DNA of 64,000 bases from Octopus vulgaris (taxonomy: Eukaryota), in the NCBI GenBank assembly GCA_951406725.2, contig OX597834.1, forward strand, positions 42,160,001 to 42,224,000. The letters run 5' to 3'. The translations under genes and the position numbers were made by a program. The notes below the pieces were generated by a model. That model saw only the letters and a program-made list of their open reading frames with translations. It did no database searches and was not told the DNA's origin. Below, one piece after another: positions 34,137-45,897 of this stretch (its first letter is position 1; each line of letters opens with the position of its first letter).

Positions 34137-36039
34137 TGTTTGTGTTTGTTCCTCCCAACATCACTTGACAACCAATGCTGGTGTATTTACGTCCCCGTAA
34201 TCCAGCGGTTCGGCAAAAGAGGCCTATGGAATAAGTACTAGACTTCCAAAGAATAAGTCCTGGGTTTGATTTGTTCGACTAACGGCGGTGCTCCAGCATA
34301 GCCGCAGTCAAATGATTAAAAAGAGTATAAAAGAGTAACAAATCATAATGACAAGGCTTAAAATAATCCGAGTATATGTTTAGGTAAATTATCCCGTAAT
34401 CTGTTCAGCAGTCACGAATCCGGAAACACGCATCACCCAAGCCTATACCTATATTTCGTATATTTCAGTGAAATTCATTTTACTTTCAGGAGCAAGTGAT
34501 ATGGGCCAAAGAAGAAAAAGCCGATTTCATTTTAGGAGAAACTTTCTGTTCTCTCGCAGAAGCCATGTTGAGTTTGGAAGCCATTAAAGCTTACGGTGGA
34601 GGTGAGTGATTTTCTTATGTAGGTATGTTTATTATAAACGACTCAGTCACAAAGGAATTAACAGTGGAGGGAACTTTTTGAAAGGCCCCCGAAGTACGGT
34701 GGATGAAAATGAGGTTATACATATTTCAGGGCATATAAGATGCACATTTAAAAATGTCTGGAAAATAACCATGCTAGGTTCTATCTGCAAAATCGGGCCC
34801 ATATTCCATGCTTTAATGTATGGCAAGCATTTTCCCCTGAATATGCGCTGCTGAGATTGGAGTGCATCTCATATGACCGCGTGTCTTTTATGTCATTAAA
34901 TACGATAGAGTGGACTCTGTTAATGGTAGATAAGATCAGCGGGTGATATTAAGTCGAGCAACGTATTAGATATTTTTTTATGGATTAGTTATACCGAAGG
35001 CTATACAGTTACTTTTTCTAGCAGCGCGACGATCTCCCAGAATCTCGTTCATTGGCTGAACGTGTACAATGGGATTCTGTGAATGGAATTTTGGATGTAA
35101 ATGTGGCTGATTGGCTAAGACGTGCGCTTCGAAACCACAAGATGCCATTGCGTGGCATCTGGGGCAAATGACAATAGCTTGGGTTCGACCAAGCATCATG
35201 ATAGAGGTTTGGTAGCCCATCGGATGTCCTGTATTTGTAAATGAAAGACCCAGCTGCATTCCATGAAGTAGTTCGCTGGTTCTACCAAAGAACTACGTTC
35301 AAGACACAACTGCCTCTAGTATACACAGCCACTTAACGTTATAACCAAACGAATTGCCAGTTCAGTTGCTTTAACAATTGGGTTACTTATCGCACAAAAC
35401 CCCGACACAAATCTATTTCATTCTATTTTATGCTTTATCGCAGGTTTACCTGCAGTAGTAAACATCGCCCCTACTACGAAGGACCACACGGTGGATGATG
35501 TCCCCTTAGAGGAAGCTTGCAGGAAGCTTGAAGAAGCTGGGGCTGCAGTTGTAGGTCTCAACTGTAGCATGGGACCAAAGGCGATGGTTCCTCTCCTGAA
35601 AAGGGTCAGACAAGCTTGTAAGGTAACATATTGTCTTTCATCTGCAAAGTTTTTTTTCTTATTTTGAAAGTTTTTGTCCTGTCACTGCAACAACCTGTTA
35701 TCATCATTTTAACTTTTTCAGGGCCCAATATCAGCTTTGCCCGTCACCTATCGCAGTGATGAGAAAATGGTAACATTTCAATCGTTCAAGGATCCATGTA
35801 CAGGTTTGATGTTTTATTTGCTCTTTTTACTTACTTTGTGTTATTATTATTGTTTTCATTGGTTCCAATTATTGAACGGACAACTGCTCTTCAGATTCAA
35901 CGGGTTTCGGTTTTGGCTTCGTATTTGACGTGGGTTTTGTTTCTCGCGTCGGTTCTGTTAACCTTCAGCATGTTTATATGGTTGGTACTTCATTTGAGAA
36001 GAAAGACAAAGTGGAACTGAAAACATTTGATTGTCACAG

Positions 36040-36078
<39 letters not shown>

Positions 36079-37950
36079 CTCACATAGACCCACATTCAAA
36101 TGTACTTAAACAATCACACATGCATCGATATATATGTGTGTAAAGCACTGGATTCGGTTAAAAAGAGGGAAAGACTTTCGCCTGCCCTCCCCCATTTTCT
36201 CCCAAATTTGTTTATTTTTGTAATTTCTTTTGCCAAAAATCCCCGTTTGAAAGGTCGGGCAGAGGTGTTGGCGAATGCCTACATCACCTCCGTAATCATT
36301 TATCGCCTGACCGTCGTGCCTTGACCCAGTTATCTTGTTCATGTTCTTGTGGAAAGGAGGCATTCCAATGGTCAGGCGTTCAATCTACTATCAGCTTCCA
36401 CTGAGTGGCGACTTAGGTATGCCGTGGCTTTTGATGCGCAGGCATGCGCTCATGTTGCGCCACCTGCAACGATTTCTAGAAGGTGAACATGTGGGGGTTC
36501 CGTTTGTGAGACATGTGTTTCTGCAACTCGTCTCTTTGAGGGAGCTGCAGTCCTGCAAGAAGAACAGACCAAGACCAAGCGCCTGGAACTTAGAATGTCG
36601 TCAGGCGCTGACTTCCCTCTAATAGTCGGGCGATAGGATCGGTGGATGTTCCACTTTAGCTGTCTATAGAGGATTATTGGCGGGAAAGTGCCACGACGTC
36701 CTAGGGGAGATTCTGGGCGTTGACCAAGACCGACTGACCAGTCCGTTCCGGAGGACTTTTCGGTCGAGCACTGTTATGGATAATTTCCAGATGTCTTTCG
36801 CTTAGCAGTGCTACCGGGAGGCGCTACCGGTTCGAGATGATCTGTCAGACGGGCTGGTGATTTGAGACTTAACCCTTTGAGCCCTGACCTCCCTAACTTT
36901 ATCTGACCATATACTTGGCTTCCAGATGCACTCTACCAGTAAAGCGGCGCTACGGTGTAGAGAAAAATAAGTCAGTCACCGGTAAACTGGTGTTACGGCC
37001 TCAAAGAGTTCAACTGTTGCTTGTTTATCATTTTATCATTCTAATGTTTGAAGGAGAGTAGAGGGTGCTTCTAGGTCTGTTTTGGCCGTTCGATAGAAAT
37101 CTGACGGAGAAAGTTAGATTTGCTCAGCGTTGATCTACTAAATAGTTCATTGAACATTGGGAAAGAGTTTAGCTAATAATCTCTTTCCGTCTAGCATGCA
37201 ACAAAAACTAACCACAATAAATAAACAATTAAAAATCAGAGAAAGTGATAGATGTGGAGGGCTCAGAAGGGTTAAAACACGAATTTCTGAACGATATAAG
37301 ACGCGAAAGCCAAACCAAAACACTACTTGTACACAAAGAACACAGAGGAGGCATTAAGTTGTACTGTTCAATTCATATACCTTATATCATGCTGGAAGTT
37401 TCTAAAAAGAATGAAATAGCGCTCTATGTGATGACCACTGACTAGAAATTCATAATAAGTAAAGAGAGCGAAAAAAAAGTTAAAATATTGTATTTGTGCA
37501 TTCTATGTATCTTTTTCGTTATTCCTTAATTTCGTCTTCAAATTTTTAATCCCATTTGATATTATGATGAGATTATTATGTCCGCTAAGGGATACAACTT
37601 GTTTGAAAAATGAAATTGTTGAGAATTACTTGTACGTTTATATACCAGATGATAAAGGTGGATTTAATATAATTTTAGGCGAGGCTGCTTTCCCGAGCAA
37701 CTTGTCCCAGTTCCACTGCAGTAAGGATGAAATTGAATTCTTTGGAAATGCCTGTAAAGAGATTGGAGTCCAGTATATCGGTCTTTGCTGCGGAAATACG
37801 TCTGATTACTTCCGCCTTCTGTGTGAGACTTGTGGAAAAACAACCAAGGCCAGCCGCTATACAACAGATATGTCGAATCATTATCTTAACACCGACAAGG
37901 GTCTTAGCGAATACAATGCAAAAGTGAGGAAAGCACTCCTTGGTTTGTAA
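23427..37950 (+). CDS. BHMT: Homocysteine S-methyltransferase (BHMT-like) copy 2, 348 aa: join(23427..23442,25759..25949,32415..32609,34490..34601,35444..35622,35722..35803,37679..37950)
   Basis: Seven exons join without frameshift or stop; GT-AG introns; GLNCSMG and GLCCG Zn motifs. Confidence 0.92.
23533..23933 (+). mobile_element. Helentron/DINE-1-like non-autonomous element (copy 2 intron 1)
   Basis: Starts ACTAG..CGCCCGGCGTTGCTCGGG hairpin, internal tandem repeats, ends ACAGACA..CTTTTATATATA; absent in copy 3. Confidence 0.55.
24664..24745 (-). ncRNA. Type I hammerhead ribozyme-like motif in Penelope-type remnant
   Basis: Minus strand CUGAUGA AUGACUGC...GCAGGCAU GAAAC GAUC GUC; canonical core, palindromic stem III; stem I offset by 2 nt. 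Confidence 0.58.
25759..25949 (+). CDS. BHMT: BHMT-like copy 2 exon 2
   Basis: tttctag|GT TTA CAA...ACT|gtacgt; AEGY...[11 protein letters not shown]. Confidence 0.93.
26013..26100 (+). mobile_element. Tigger/pogo-like terminal fragment
   Basis: TACAATAATCCCTCAACTCTCGCAGGTGTTACGTTCC resembles a Tigger TIR start (TA-CAGT..CCCTC). Confidence 0.45.
26904..28439 (-). CDS. Penelope reverse transcriptase + GIY-YIG endonuclease (5'-truncated, uninterrupted frame)
   Basis: [55 protein letters not shown], Cxx[18 protein letters not shown]...H, ERINKE.LFI...LN. No start codon; truncated at the inversion junction. Confidence 0.92.
   Translation of the reverse strand, partial: ETHRLSNFLDILLKPFLTHIKSFIRDDLDMLKHLPKTVNEEALLVSFDVINLYTNIPHEYGIEAIDFWLEKHPETFPDRINKSFITESLKFILTNNFFLFDDTHYRQKCGIAMGTKAAPVLANLIMGYFELSLYEISSQKFGHVFHTYLMENWKRYLDDCFIIWKEPYEKLLEFKTILNNIHPNIQFTMELSKHHLPFLDLLIIKTPKNQIITDIYHKPTDSQQYLLFSSCHPKHTKTNIPFNLAKRVCTIVSDPKTREIRLQDLKKTLLQRQYPSTLIEYGIKRAKELDNTTLITTQPNTTHNLKILPYISTHNPKNIEAYTTIIQNLSLLSTDPKMKNIINTHKILKCKRQHKSLKKLLTNAKLHTPHPPPTVKECARSNCGTCPFLLEGSEFTFKQGTKFKIKTNFSCSSENLIYVLTCAGCQHNYVGQTSLPLRKRVTVHKEQINLPECRQIPLSDHLDSCAKDLNPKFYIFPFYQCKDGITTQERINKENLFIEKFQTQLNMQTPR
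29302..29342 (+). ncRNA. Minimal type I hammerhead ribozyme-like motif (U3-A8 variant) in the Penelope 3' arm; mirror copy at 26232-26272 (-)
   Basis: UAUUC-UUGACAA-GUCAU(ACA)AUGAC-GAAAA-CCG-GUU-GAAUA: stems I and II pair, palindromic stem III (ACCGGU), one extra A in the GAAA box. Confidence 0.6.
29511..30003 (+). mobile_element. Internally deleted mariner element
   Basis: TA-TTGGGTTGTCCGGAAAGTT terminus; [15 protein letters not shown] fused to [25 protein letters not shown]...RW...NGSY; right TIR missing. Confidence 0.85.
30830..32300 (-). mobile_element. Degenerate R4/Dong-type LINE fragments (RT C-terminal region); shorter homolog at ~47655-48045
   Basis: [63 protein letters not shown]; frameshifted. 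Confidence 0.75.
32415..32609 (+). CDS. BHMT: BHMT-like copy 2 exon 3
   Basis: ccacag|TATTAT...AAG|gttgac (weak donor); 195 nt. Confidence 0.9.
32874..33240. repeat. AT-rich fold-back, ~175-bp arms, 15-nt loop
   Basis: Arms centred on GTTTAAA-agagagaccaaatag-TTTAAAC. Confidence 0.9.
33517..33786. repeat. Near-perfect palindrome, ~130-bp arms, 11-nt loop
   Basis: 33517-33646 is the reverse complement of 33658-33786. Confidence 0.95.
34490..34601 (+). CDS. BHMT: BHMT-like copy 2 exon 4
   Basis: tttcag|GAGCAA...GGAG|gtgagt; [37 protein letters not shown]. Confidence 0.92.
35444..35622 (+). CDS. BHMT: BHMT-like copy 2 exon 5
   Basis: cgcag|GTTTACC...AAG|gtaaca; GLNCSMGP. Confidence 0.93.
35722..35803 (+). 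CDS. BHMT: BHMT-like copy 2 exon 6
   Basis: tttcag|GGCCCA...ACAG|gtttga; [27 protein letters not shown]. Confidence 0.91.
36145..36845 (+). mobile_element. Decayed Tx1/L1-type LINE ORF2 fragment (further deleted in copy 3, ~53730-54100)
   Basis: [25 protein letters not shown]...[14 protein letters not shown]...GDLGMP, an L1/Tx1 post-RT pattern. Confidence 0.65.
37679..37950 (+). CDS. BHMT: BHMT-like copy 2 exon 7 (terminal)
   Basis: ttttag|GCGAGGCT...TTGTAA; YIGLCCGN. Confidence 0.93.
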
Positions 37951-38607
37951 AGCTACCAACGATCGTATCGCTCGAAGAACTTCGTTCTTTGTGTTTATAA
38001 CAACAACCAGATGTGACATTGGTATTTTCTTGAATCCGGCTGAATATAAACATAAGTTGCAATGATCCATAAAGAAAATTCACTTGTTAAGGATATCCTG
38101 ACAGATTTTCTTTAAAAATTATAGCCAATACAGATTTTGTCCTAACAAATTAAGTGCTGGCTATAATTTCTCCAGAAAATCTGTAGAGATGATCTTAAGA
38201 AGTGATTTAATTGCAATGCTAACACAGAAGAACACGATATTGACTTATAAAAATCATTTCATATAATTTGTACTACACTATGGTTGCATAATGTAATACA
38301 GTGTCCATGCAGATCATTAAGAGAAAATTTCATTTATATATACATACACAACACAAAAGTATACGCATACACATACAGACACGCTTTTTGTTCGGCTTAC
38401 ATAAATATATAGAGAGAGTTATATAAGAAGTGTCGAAATGTTTGTGCACGACATAATAATCATACAAAGCTCTCGCCCCCCCCCCCTGCGATTCTTTCAA
38501 AACTTTACAGTCGAGTGAATAAACATATATATATATATATATAGTAAGGTCATTTACAGACGAGTACCCCATGTATGTACATTTGAACTCAGAACATAAT
38601 ATATGCT

Positions 38608-38669
<62 letters not shown>

Positions 38670-39597
38670 CGTGTGTGTGTGTATGGGTATGTATGCATGT
38701 ACATATATATAAATAAATATATATATATATATATACAAGGATAAAATTTCACCTGTGGGGCCAGCACATGAAAAATACCTTTTAAGGTGAAAGTTATAAA
38801 AACAATTATAAATAAGAGCAAAAGCATATTTTTTCTTTGCCATATTGGCAACGAAATTCTTTTCTCTTTGCCTTTATTTATAATTGTATATATATATATA
38901 AAATGTTCTTAATTCAAATATACATACATGGTGTACTCGTCAGTAAGAGTTACTTAAGAGAAGGGAAAACGCTCAATACACGAAAAGCGTTGCATTTTAA
39001 ATATTAATATTGAAAAACTCGATTAAGTCCGTGACCTGGCAGAATCGTTAGCAAGTCGGGCAAAATGTTTAGCTTAATTTTGTCTGTCTTTACGTTCTGA
39101 CTTCAAATTCCGCCGAGGTCGACTTTGCCTTATATTCTTTCGGGGTCGATGAAATAAATACCAGTTATACACTGGGGTCGATGTAATTGATTTACTCCTT
39201 CGCGAAAACAGCTGGCCTTGCGTTCAAAATTTGAAACCAATATCGAAAAGTTCAGTGCCTGGCGCCAGTGTTTTCTTTCTGTGTATGCATAATTCTTAAT
39301 TTTGAAATCAAGATTTCTTTTCTTTGTGAATCGATAAATAAAATCCTTTTCTGCGGCATTTTGATGTCTTCCTTATTTAAAAACGAATTTTTTACAAAGT
39401 ACGTAATAATATATATCTGTTTACATCGCTGAAGGCATCACACTTACGAAGTTCGCGTGGTAAGAAGCTTGCTTCTCAACCACATGGTTTCGGGTTCAGT
39501 CCCACTGCATGGTGTCTTCTACTATAGCCTCGGGCCGACCTAAGCCTTGTGAGTGGATTTGGTAGGCGGAAACTGAAAGGAGCCTGTTGGGTGTGCG

Positions 39598-40702
<1,105 letters not shown>

Positions 40703-40962
40703 GGTTTGAATGTACGTGTGTATGAATATATATATATATATCAGAAATATTAAATTTCTAAATCTCTCAAGGAGATATGTACGGTGGTGGGGCGATAGAA
40801 TGGTTGTATACTGTCAATCTAACGTGAACGTGACAGTAGGGGATTACACCACCGCTGTTTAGCCCTAGGAAGCATCGACGCTTTCTGATTGCTTCGATAC
40901 ATTTTTTCCTGTGTCCTTATATACATTTACGAAGGGGAGACAAACACCCCCCAGCAGGCAGG

Positions 40963-41027
40963 CCGGCATCTAGAGACACGCATGTTTCAGGATCATTGTC
41001 CTTCATCGGTCTAGAGTAGCAGATGCC
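40963..41027 (-). ncRNA. Type I hammerhead ribozyme-like motif (U4C core variant)
   Basis: Minus strand GGCAUCU-gcuac-UCUAGA CCGAUGA AGGA(CAAUGA)UCCU GAAA CAUGCGU GUC UCUAGAUGCC; all three stems pair, GUC triplet. Confidence 0.7.
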
Positions 41028-41041
41028 CGTCAGCCGCGAAT

Positions 41042-41729
41042 AATATCTTTATTATAGGCACAATGGTCCGAATTAAGAGGGGACATTACAAGACAGGACA
41101 TGGGGTACATATAATAAAAAGATCGAAAAGTATGGTATGAAAATGAATTATTTATAATGGGTTAATGGAATGTCTTACGAGTTCCCGAAGCTCACAGTTT
41201 CATTTCAAATACAATTTTGTTTTCAATTTTCAGTATTTTTGTAGCGTTCTTCTTTGCTTCAGCTTCGTTCTCAAAATGAACGACCACCGTCGCGTACTTT
41301 TTACCTCTATTATAGAAGGTAGTTTTTTCTTCAATCTCCTGCAAACACTTCTCAATTTCCTCCACCTCTGCCACTTCTATTTTCTTCGAAGCCACGTTCC
41401 ACGTTCTATATGTCACGATACGCATCTCTGCTTCTTTCACCTCGTCTTCTGGTGGTGTGACTCTCGGGCAGTCACCCTCCTTCTTGAAACTGTTGAAGTA
41501 TTCCTTCAGGCTCTTCTTCTCGACAAAAACCTCCTCCAACTGCAGCTCGCTCGCAGCCAGACCCCTGCCTGCCGCTCCTGCATAAGTTTGGGCTTGCATT
41601 TTCGAAAAAAAAAACTTCCACAATTCACCACGCCGTAACAGCTTCCACCAACGAATTCGAACTCACAACCGCGACACAACAATAAACGTAATCCTATAAT
41701 ATCCGACACAAAAAAAAAAAAAAAAAGAA
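41042..41729 (-). mobile_element. Short retro-insertion with 15-bp TSD carrying an ORF1-like 135-aa ORF (41192-41599)
   Basis: TSD CCGTCAGCCGCGAAT at 41027-41041 and 41730-41744; minus-strand AATAAA near 3' end; ORF MQAQTYAGAAG...RGKKYATVVVHF resembles the start of a Tx1/L1 ORF1 (inference). Confidence 0.65.
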
Positions 41730-42390
41730 CCGTCAGCCGCGAATCTCTGTCTCGATTCGCAAATGTATATATCTAATTTTCAGTGATGTTTATTCACTGA
41801 TTATCAAAATCAGAAATATTAAATTTCTAAATCTCTCAGGAGATATGTACGGTGGTGGGGCGATAGAATGGTTGTATACTGTCAATCTAACGTGAACGTG
41901 ACAGTAGGGGGTTACACCACCGCTGTTTAGCCTATAACAGAAAGGATTATCAGCTTTGAGATTTCAATGATGTGATTGTTTAATTTTAGAATGGCATTGT
42001 AGGGCTGGTGAGAGAGGTTGGATCTGGTCAGTTTCCATATAAAACAGATTAAATATTTTGGCCTGATATGACCGGTTTGAATATAAATGGTGAAGTTGAG
42101 TTCACCAGACATTGCCAGTAATAAAGTTGGAACTGCATATAACTTTAAATTATATTGTATGTGAATCGAAAGCTCAATTGCTATGTTGCGATGGGGGAAA
42201 CATTGATCTGTTTCTGGTTGATTTGAAAAAGACAAATGAAGAAGAATCCAGAAAGGTCTAGACCTATAGATGTGGTTTGTTAAATGTGACTTTTGGAAGC
42301 ATCAACAGAGAAAAATGTCGCCCTTCTGTAAACAAATTAACAACCCGGTGTTGCTGTACGTATTGTGTGGTTAATTTATTTCGTACATTT

Positions 42391-42541
42391 GTATGTTTTA
42401 TGTATGTATTCTCATGCATATAGTTGCATATCTAGACATGCTCATATATATTTAAATGATGAACTTCTGGAAAGTTTTACAGATTTTTACAGTTCCAGTG
42501 ATGGACTGGATCTGTAGTCTTCGAATTAGCTTTCTTCTCTG
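42391..42541 (-). mobile_element. R4/Dong LINE 3' end
   Basis: RRKLIRRLQIQSITGTVKICKTFQKFII* plus 3' UTR nearly identical to 18733-18860. Confidence 0.75.
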
Positions 42542-42649
42542 ACCGCCATTAATGACCGTTGACGTCAATCTAACATTATTTATGTTGCAATTGGAAAGAA
42601 CACACTTTTGGAAGAAAAGATCTCTTTTAGGTGCGCACTGCATATAATA

Positions 42650-42880
42650 TACAAGTGGGAAGGGGGGGGCACTGAAAAGTTGCTGGCTCTTAGAGGTATC
42701 GTGAAGGGTCTGGCTGGAGATCCAATCTTCCGAGTTCTTTTATAGGGCTTAGAAAAACTGAAGGACCACTGCAATCAGTGTGTTAATCTGAGATGGGAAT
42801 ATGTTGAATAAAATCATAATCAACTGATTCTCCTGTATTTCCTTTTACCCAAAGCCAGGAACTTTCCAGTAATCCTCGTA
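42650..42880 (+). mobile_element. Mariner-derived MITE remnant
   Basis: Ends CTGAAAAGTTGCTGGCT / AGCCAGGAACTTTCCAGT..CCTCGTA; internal GLEKLKDHCNQCVNLRWEYVE* (mariner C-terminus). Confidence 0.65.
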
Positions 42881-43853
42881 TATTCTATACAACAAACATT
42901 CCTTTCTGCTAATTTTGGTGAAGGGGACTAGTCGATTATAGCGACTCCTGTGTTTCACTGGTACTTAATTTATCAGCCCCGAAAGGATGAAAGGCAAAGT
43001 CGACCTCGGCGGAATTTGAACTCAGATCGTAAAGACGCATAAATATTATACGTAAGTGGCTGTTTGGTAAGAAGTTTGCCTCCCAACAACTTGGCTCCGG
43101 GTTCGGTCCCATCAATCCGCCACCACCACCACCACCACCACCACCACCACCACCACCACCACCACCACCACCACCACTACCACCACCACCACCACTACCA
43201 CCACCCCCACCGCCACCCCCACCCCCATCGCCACCCCCACCCCCACCGCCACCGCCACCGCCACCCCCACTACCACCACCACCACCACCACCACCACTCC
43301 CACCACCACCACCACCACCACCACCACCAACCCAGCTGCCGTCGCCTCCCCCCTCCCATCAATCATTCAAATGATACTAACCAAAAACATCCAGTTAACA
43401 AATTCAACAACTTTTAAACATTACGCTGTAATACAAGGCCCCCACCCCCCCACCTCCCACGCCGCCACCACTAACATCACTTGCGTTCCCCCCACCCCAC
43501 CCCTGTCGCACCGTCACCACCAGCATCTGCACCAGCATCAGCTGCACCGCCGCCGCCGCCATCACCCCACCTCACTCCGCACCGTCATCACCGCCGCCGC
43601 CGCCGCCGCCTTCATGGCCACCACCACCACCACCACCACCACCACCACCACCACCACCACCACCACCACCACCACTGCCGCCCACCGCCGCCGCCGCTAA
43701 CCGATAAGAACGACGACGGCATCGCGTCTTCCTAGCAGAGACGCTGCTCTCAGAGCGAAACACTTGGCATTCGGCGTTGAAGACGGCAGCAGAGAGGACA
43801 AAGCTGGAAGAGAGAAACAGGAAAGGAAAAGCGAAGAACAACGACTGGAAACG

Positions 43854-43869
43854 ATGGCTGCCGGAAAAA
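43854..43869 (+). CDS. BHMT: BHMT-like copy 3 exon 1
   Basis: ATGGCTGCCGGAAAAA|GTAAGT. Confidence 0.82.
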
Positions 43870-43953
43870 GTAAGTGTGAAAAAAATGCTCTTATGTTTTT
43901 GACTTGTTTGTTTAGCCCCGGGTCAGTCCTGATCGAGCAGATAGGTAGCAGAT

Positions 43954-44011
<58 letters not shown>

Positions 44012-44097
44012 ATATATGTGTGTGTGTGTGCTACCCTGGTAACTATTTATATATTATTTCCGTGTTAATTTTTAACAAGGGAAAAATACACACATCA

Positions 44098-44183
<86 letters not shown>

Positions 44184-45865
44184 ATATATATATATATATA
44201 TGTAGGTCCCGGGTTGATTCGGGGTTAACCACAGTAAATAAGGTACTCAATACATAGCAGAGTAAAATTAATTTATTATATAGAAGGAGCTTCTACAGGA
44301 CTAGAACTGAAGATTCCTGAAGATTTCTCTTGAACGAAACAGTTCTAGTCCTGTAGAAGCTCTTTCTATATAATAAATTAATATATATATATATATATAT
44401 ATATCAGCAATAATAAATCCCTGAGTGAGGTACAGACAGTAGCTGCACGACATCGTGAAGTATATTTGCCACTTAAATGTGGCTGACCCTAATATAAATT
44501 TGAAACATTTATATTAATTTAGCATTAGAATTCTTCAAGTTGTATGAAAATAGTTATTGTCTGCATCATTCGAAAGAGAAATAAATTCTGCATAAGGTGT
44601 AAAGGATGGAAATAATTTGTATGGTGTTAGTAACAAAATATTTTGTAAGAAATAGAACTTTTATCATCGGTCTTAAATTTATTTTCGCCAGTGTAATCAT
44701 TATTATTAGTTTAGTTAAGTAAATATTTTGGAGGAATGGAATTATATTAGCGGAATTGAAACTTCAAAGGCTTTATATAAATTCTTCAGTGAGAAGTACA
44801 TCTTGATGTCAAAAGTTATCAATGTTGTATATTATACTAGCACTACTGCCGGGTCATAGTGCTAGTGCATGCATATACAGTTGCGTGCGTGCGCACATAC
44901 ACGCGAGTACTGTCCAAATCTCCGACCAATCACATACAGCTAGCTGGCATTCAATTGGCGTATCAAGTTTCGGGCATTTTGATTGGGTTTTGGATAGAAA
45001 ATTCACAAAAAAGTCACTTCTATTGATTTTTTAATAGCTTTGCGGGGTGACTGGGGAAATGTAAATGGTTTTGGACGGTTTTGAATGACCATAGAAAGTG
45101 CGAGCCCTCTAACGGAAAAATTGTGGATTTGCATAAAGGACAAACACGCAGACATTTTGCCAATTATATATAGAGAGATTATATTATGTTATGTTATATT
45201 ATATAGTTTTGCTATTCTATGATTTGATTATGTATTTATCAATTACTTAAATTTAGAGAACTTATATTTTCCTGTGTGAATACAAGAAACATTTTTCTCT
45301 TTTCGTAAGTAGGGAATTATTAGCCGTAACATAGCGGTTCGGCCAAAGAAACCGATAGGATAAGTACGAAGCTTTTGAAAAATAAGTACTGGGATCAATA
45401 CATTTGACTAAAAAGTTTTCGAGATGGTACCCCAGCATGGCCGCAGTCGAATGACAGAAAAAAAAAGAATAAAAAACAAAATGTTATAAGAAAAAACAGA
45501 AGAATTTATAAAACAATCCAAAACATTTTCGGTTAAATAATATTGTTGCTGTTTTTGTTTTTTCTTCCCCATTTTGTCTTTCTAGGTTTACAAGACCGTT
45601 TGAGTGCTGGGGAGAAAGTATTTGCTGCGGAGGGTTACATGTTCGAGTTCAACAGACGTGGATATCTGAAATCTGGTGCAATGGTACCGGAAGTGGTCAT
45701 AGAACACCCAGATCTTGTGAAAAATATGCACGAAGAATTCGTCCATGCAGGAAGTGACGTCGTTTTGGCTTTCACTGTACGTTTAATGCACTCACACACA
45801 CACACATGCACAAACGCATATACGCATGCATATGCACACGTACACGTGCAGAAATATCCATGCGT

Positions 45866-45897
<32 letters not shown>

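Larger units (their letters stand above)
40741..41932 (-). mobile_element. Partially tandem hammerhead-bearing repeat (Penelope pLTR/retrozyme-like), split by the 41042-41729 insertion
   Basis: 40741-40865 repeated directly at 41810-41932; unit ~365 bp once the insertion is removed; contains the 40963-41027 hammerhead; abuts (TA)n. Confidence 0.55.
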
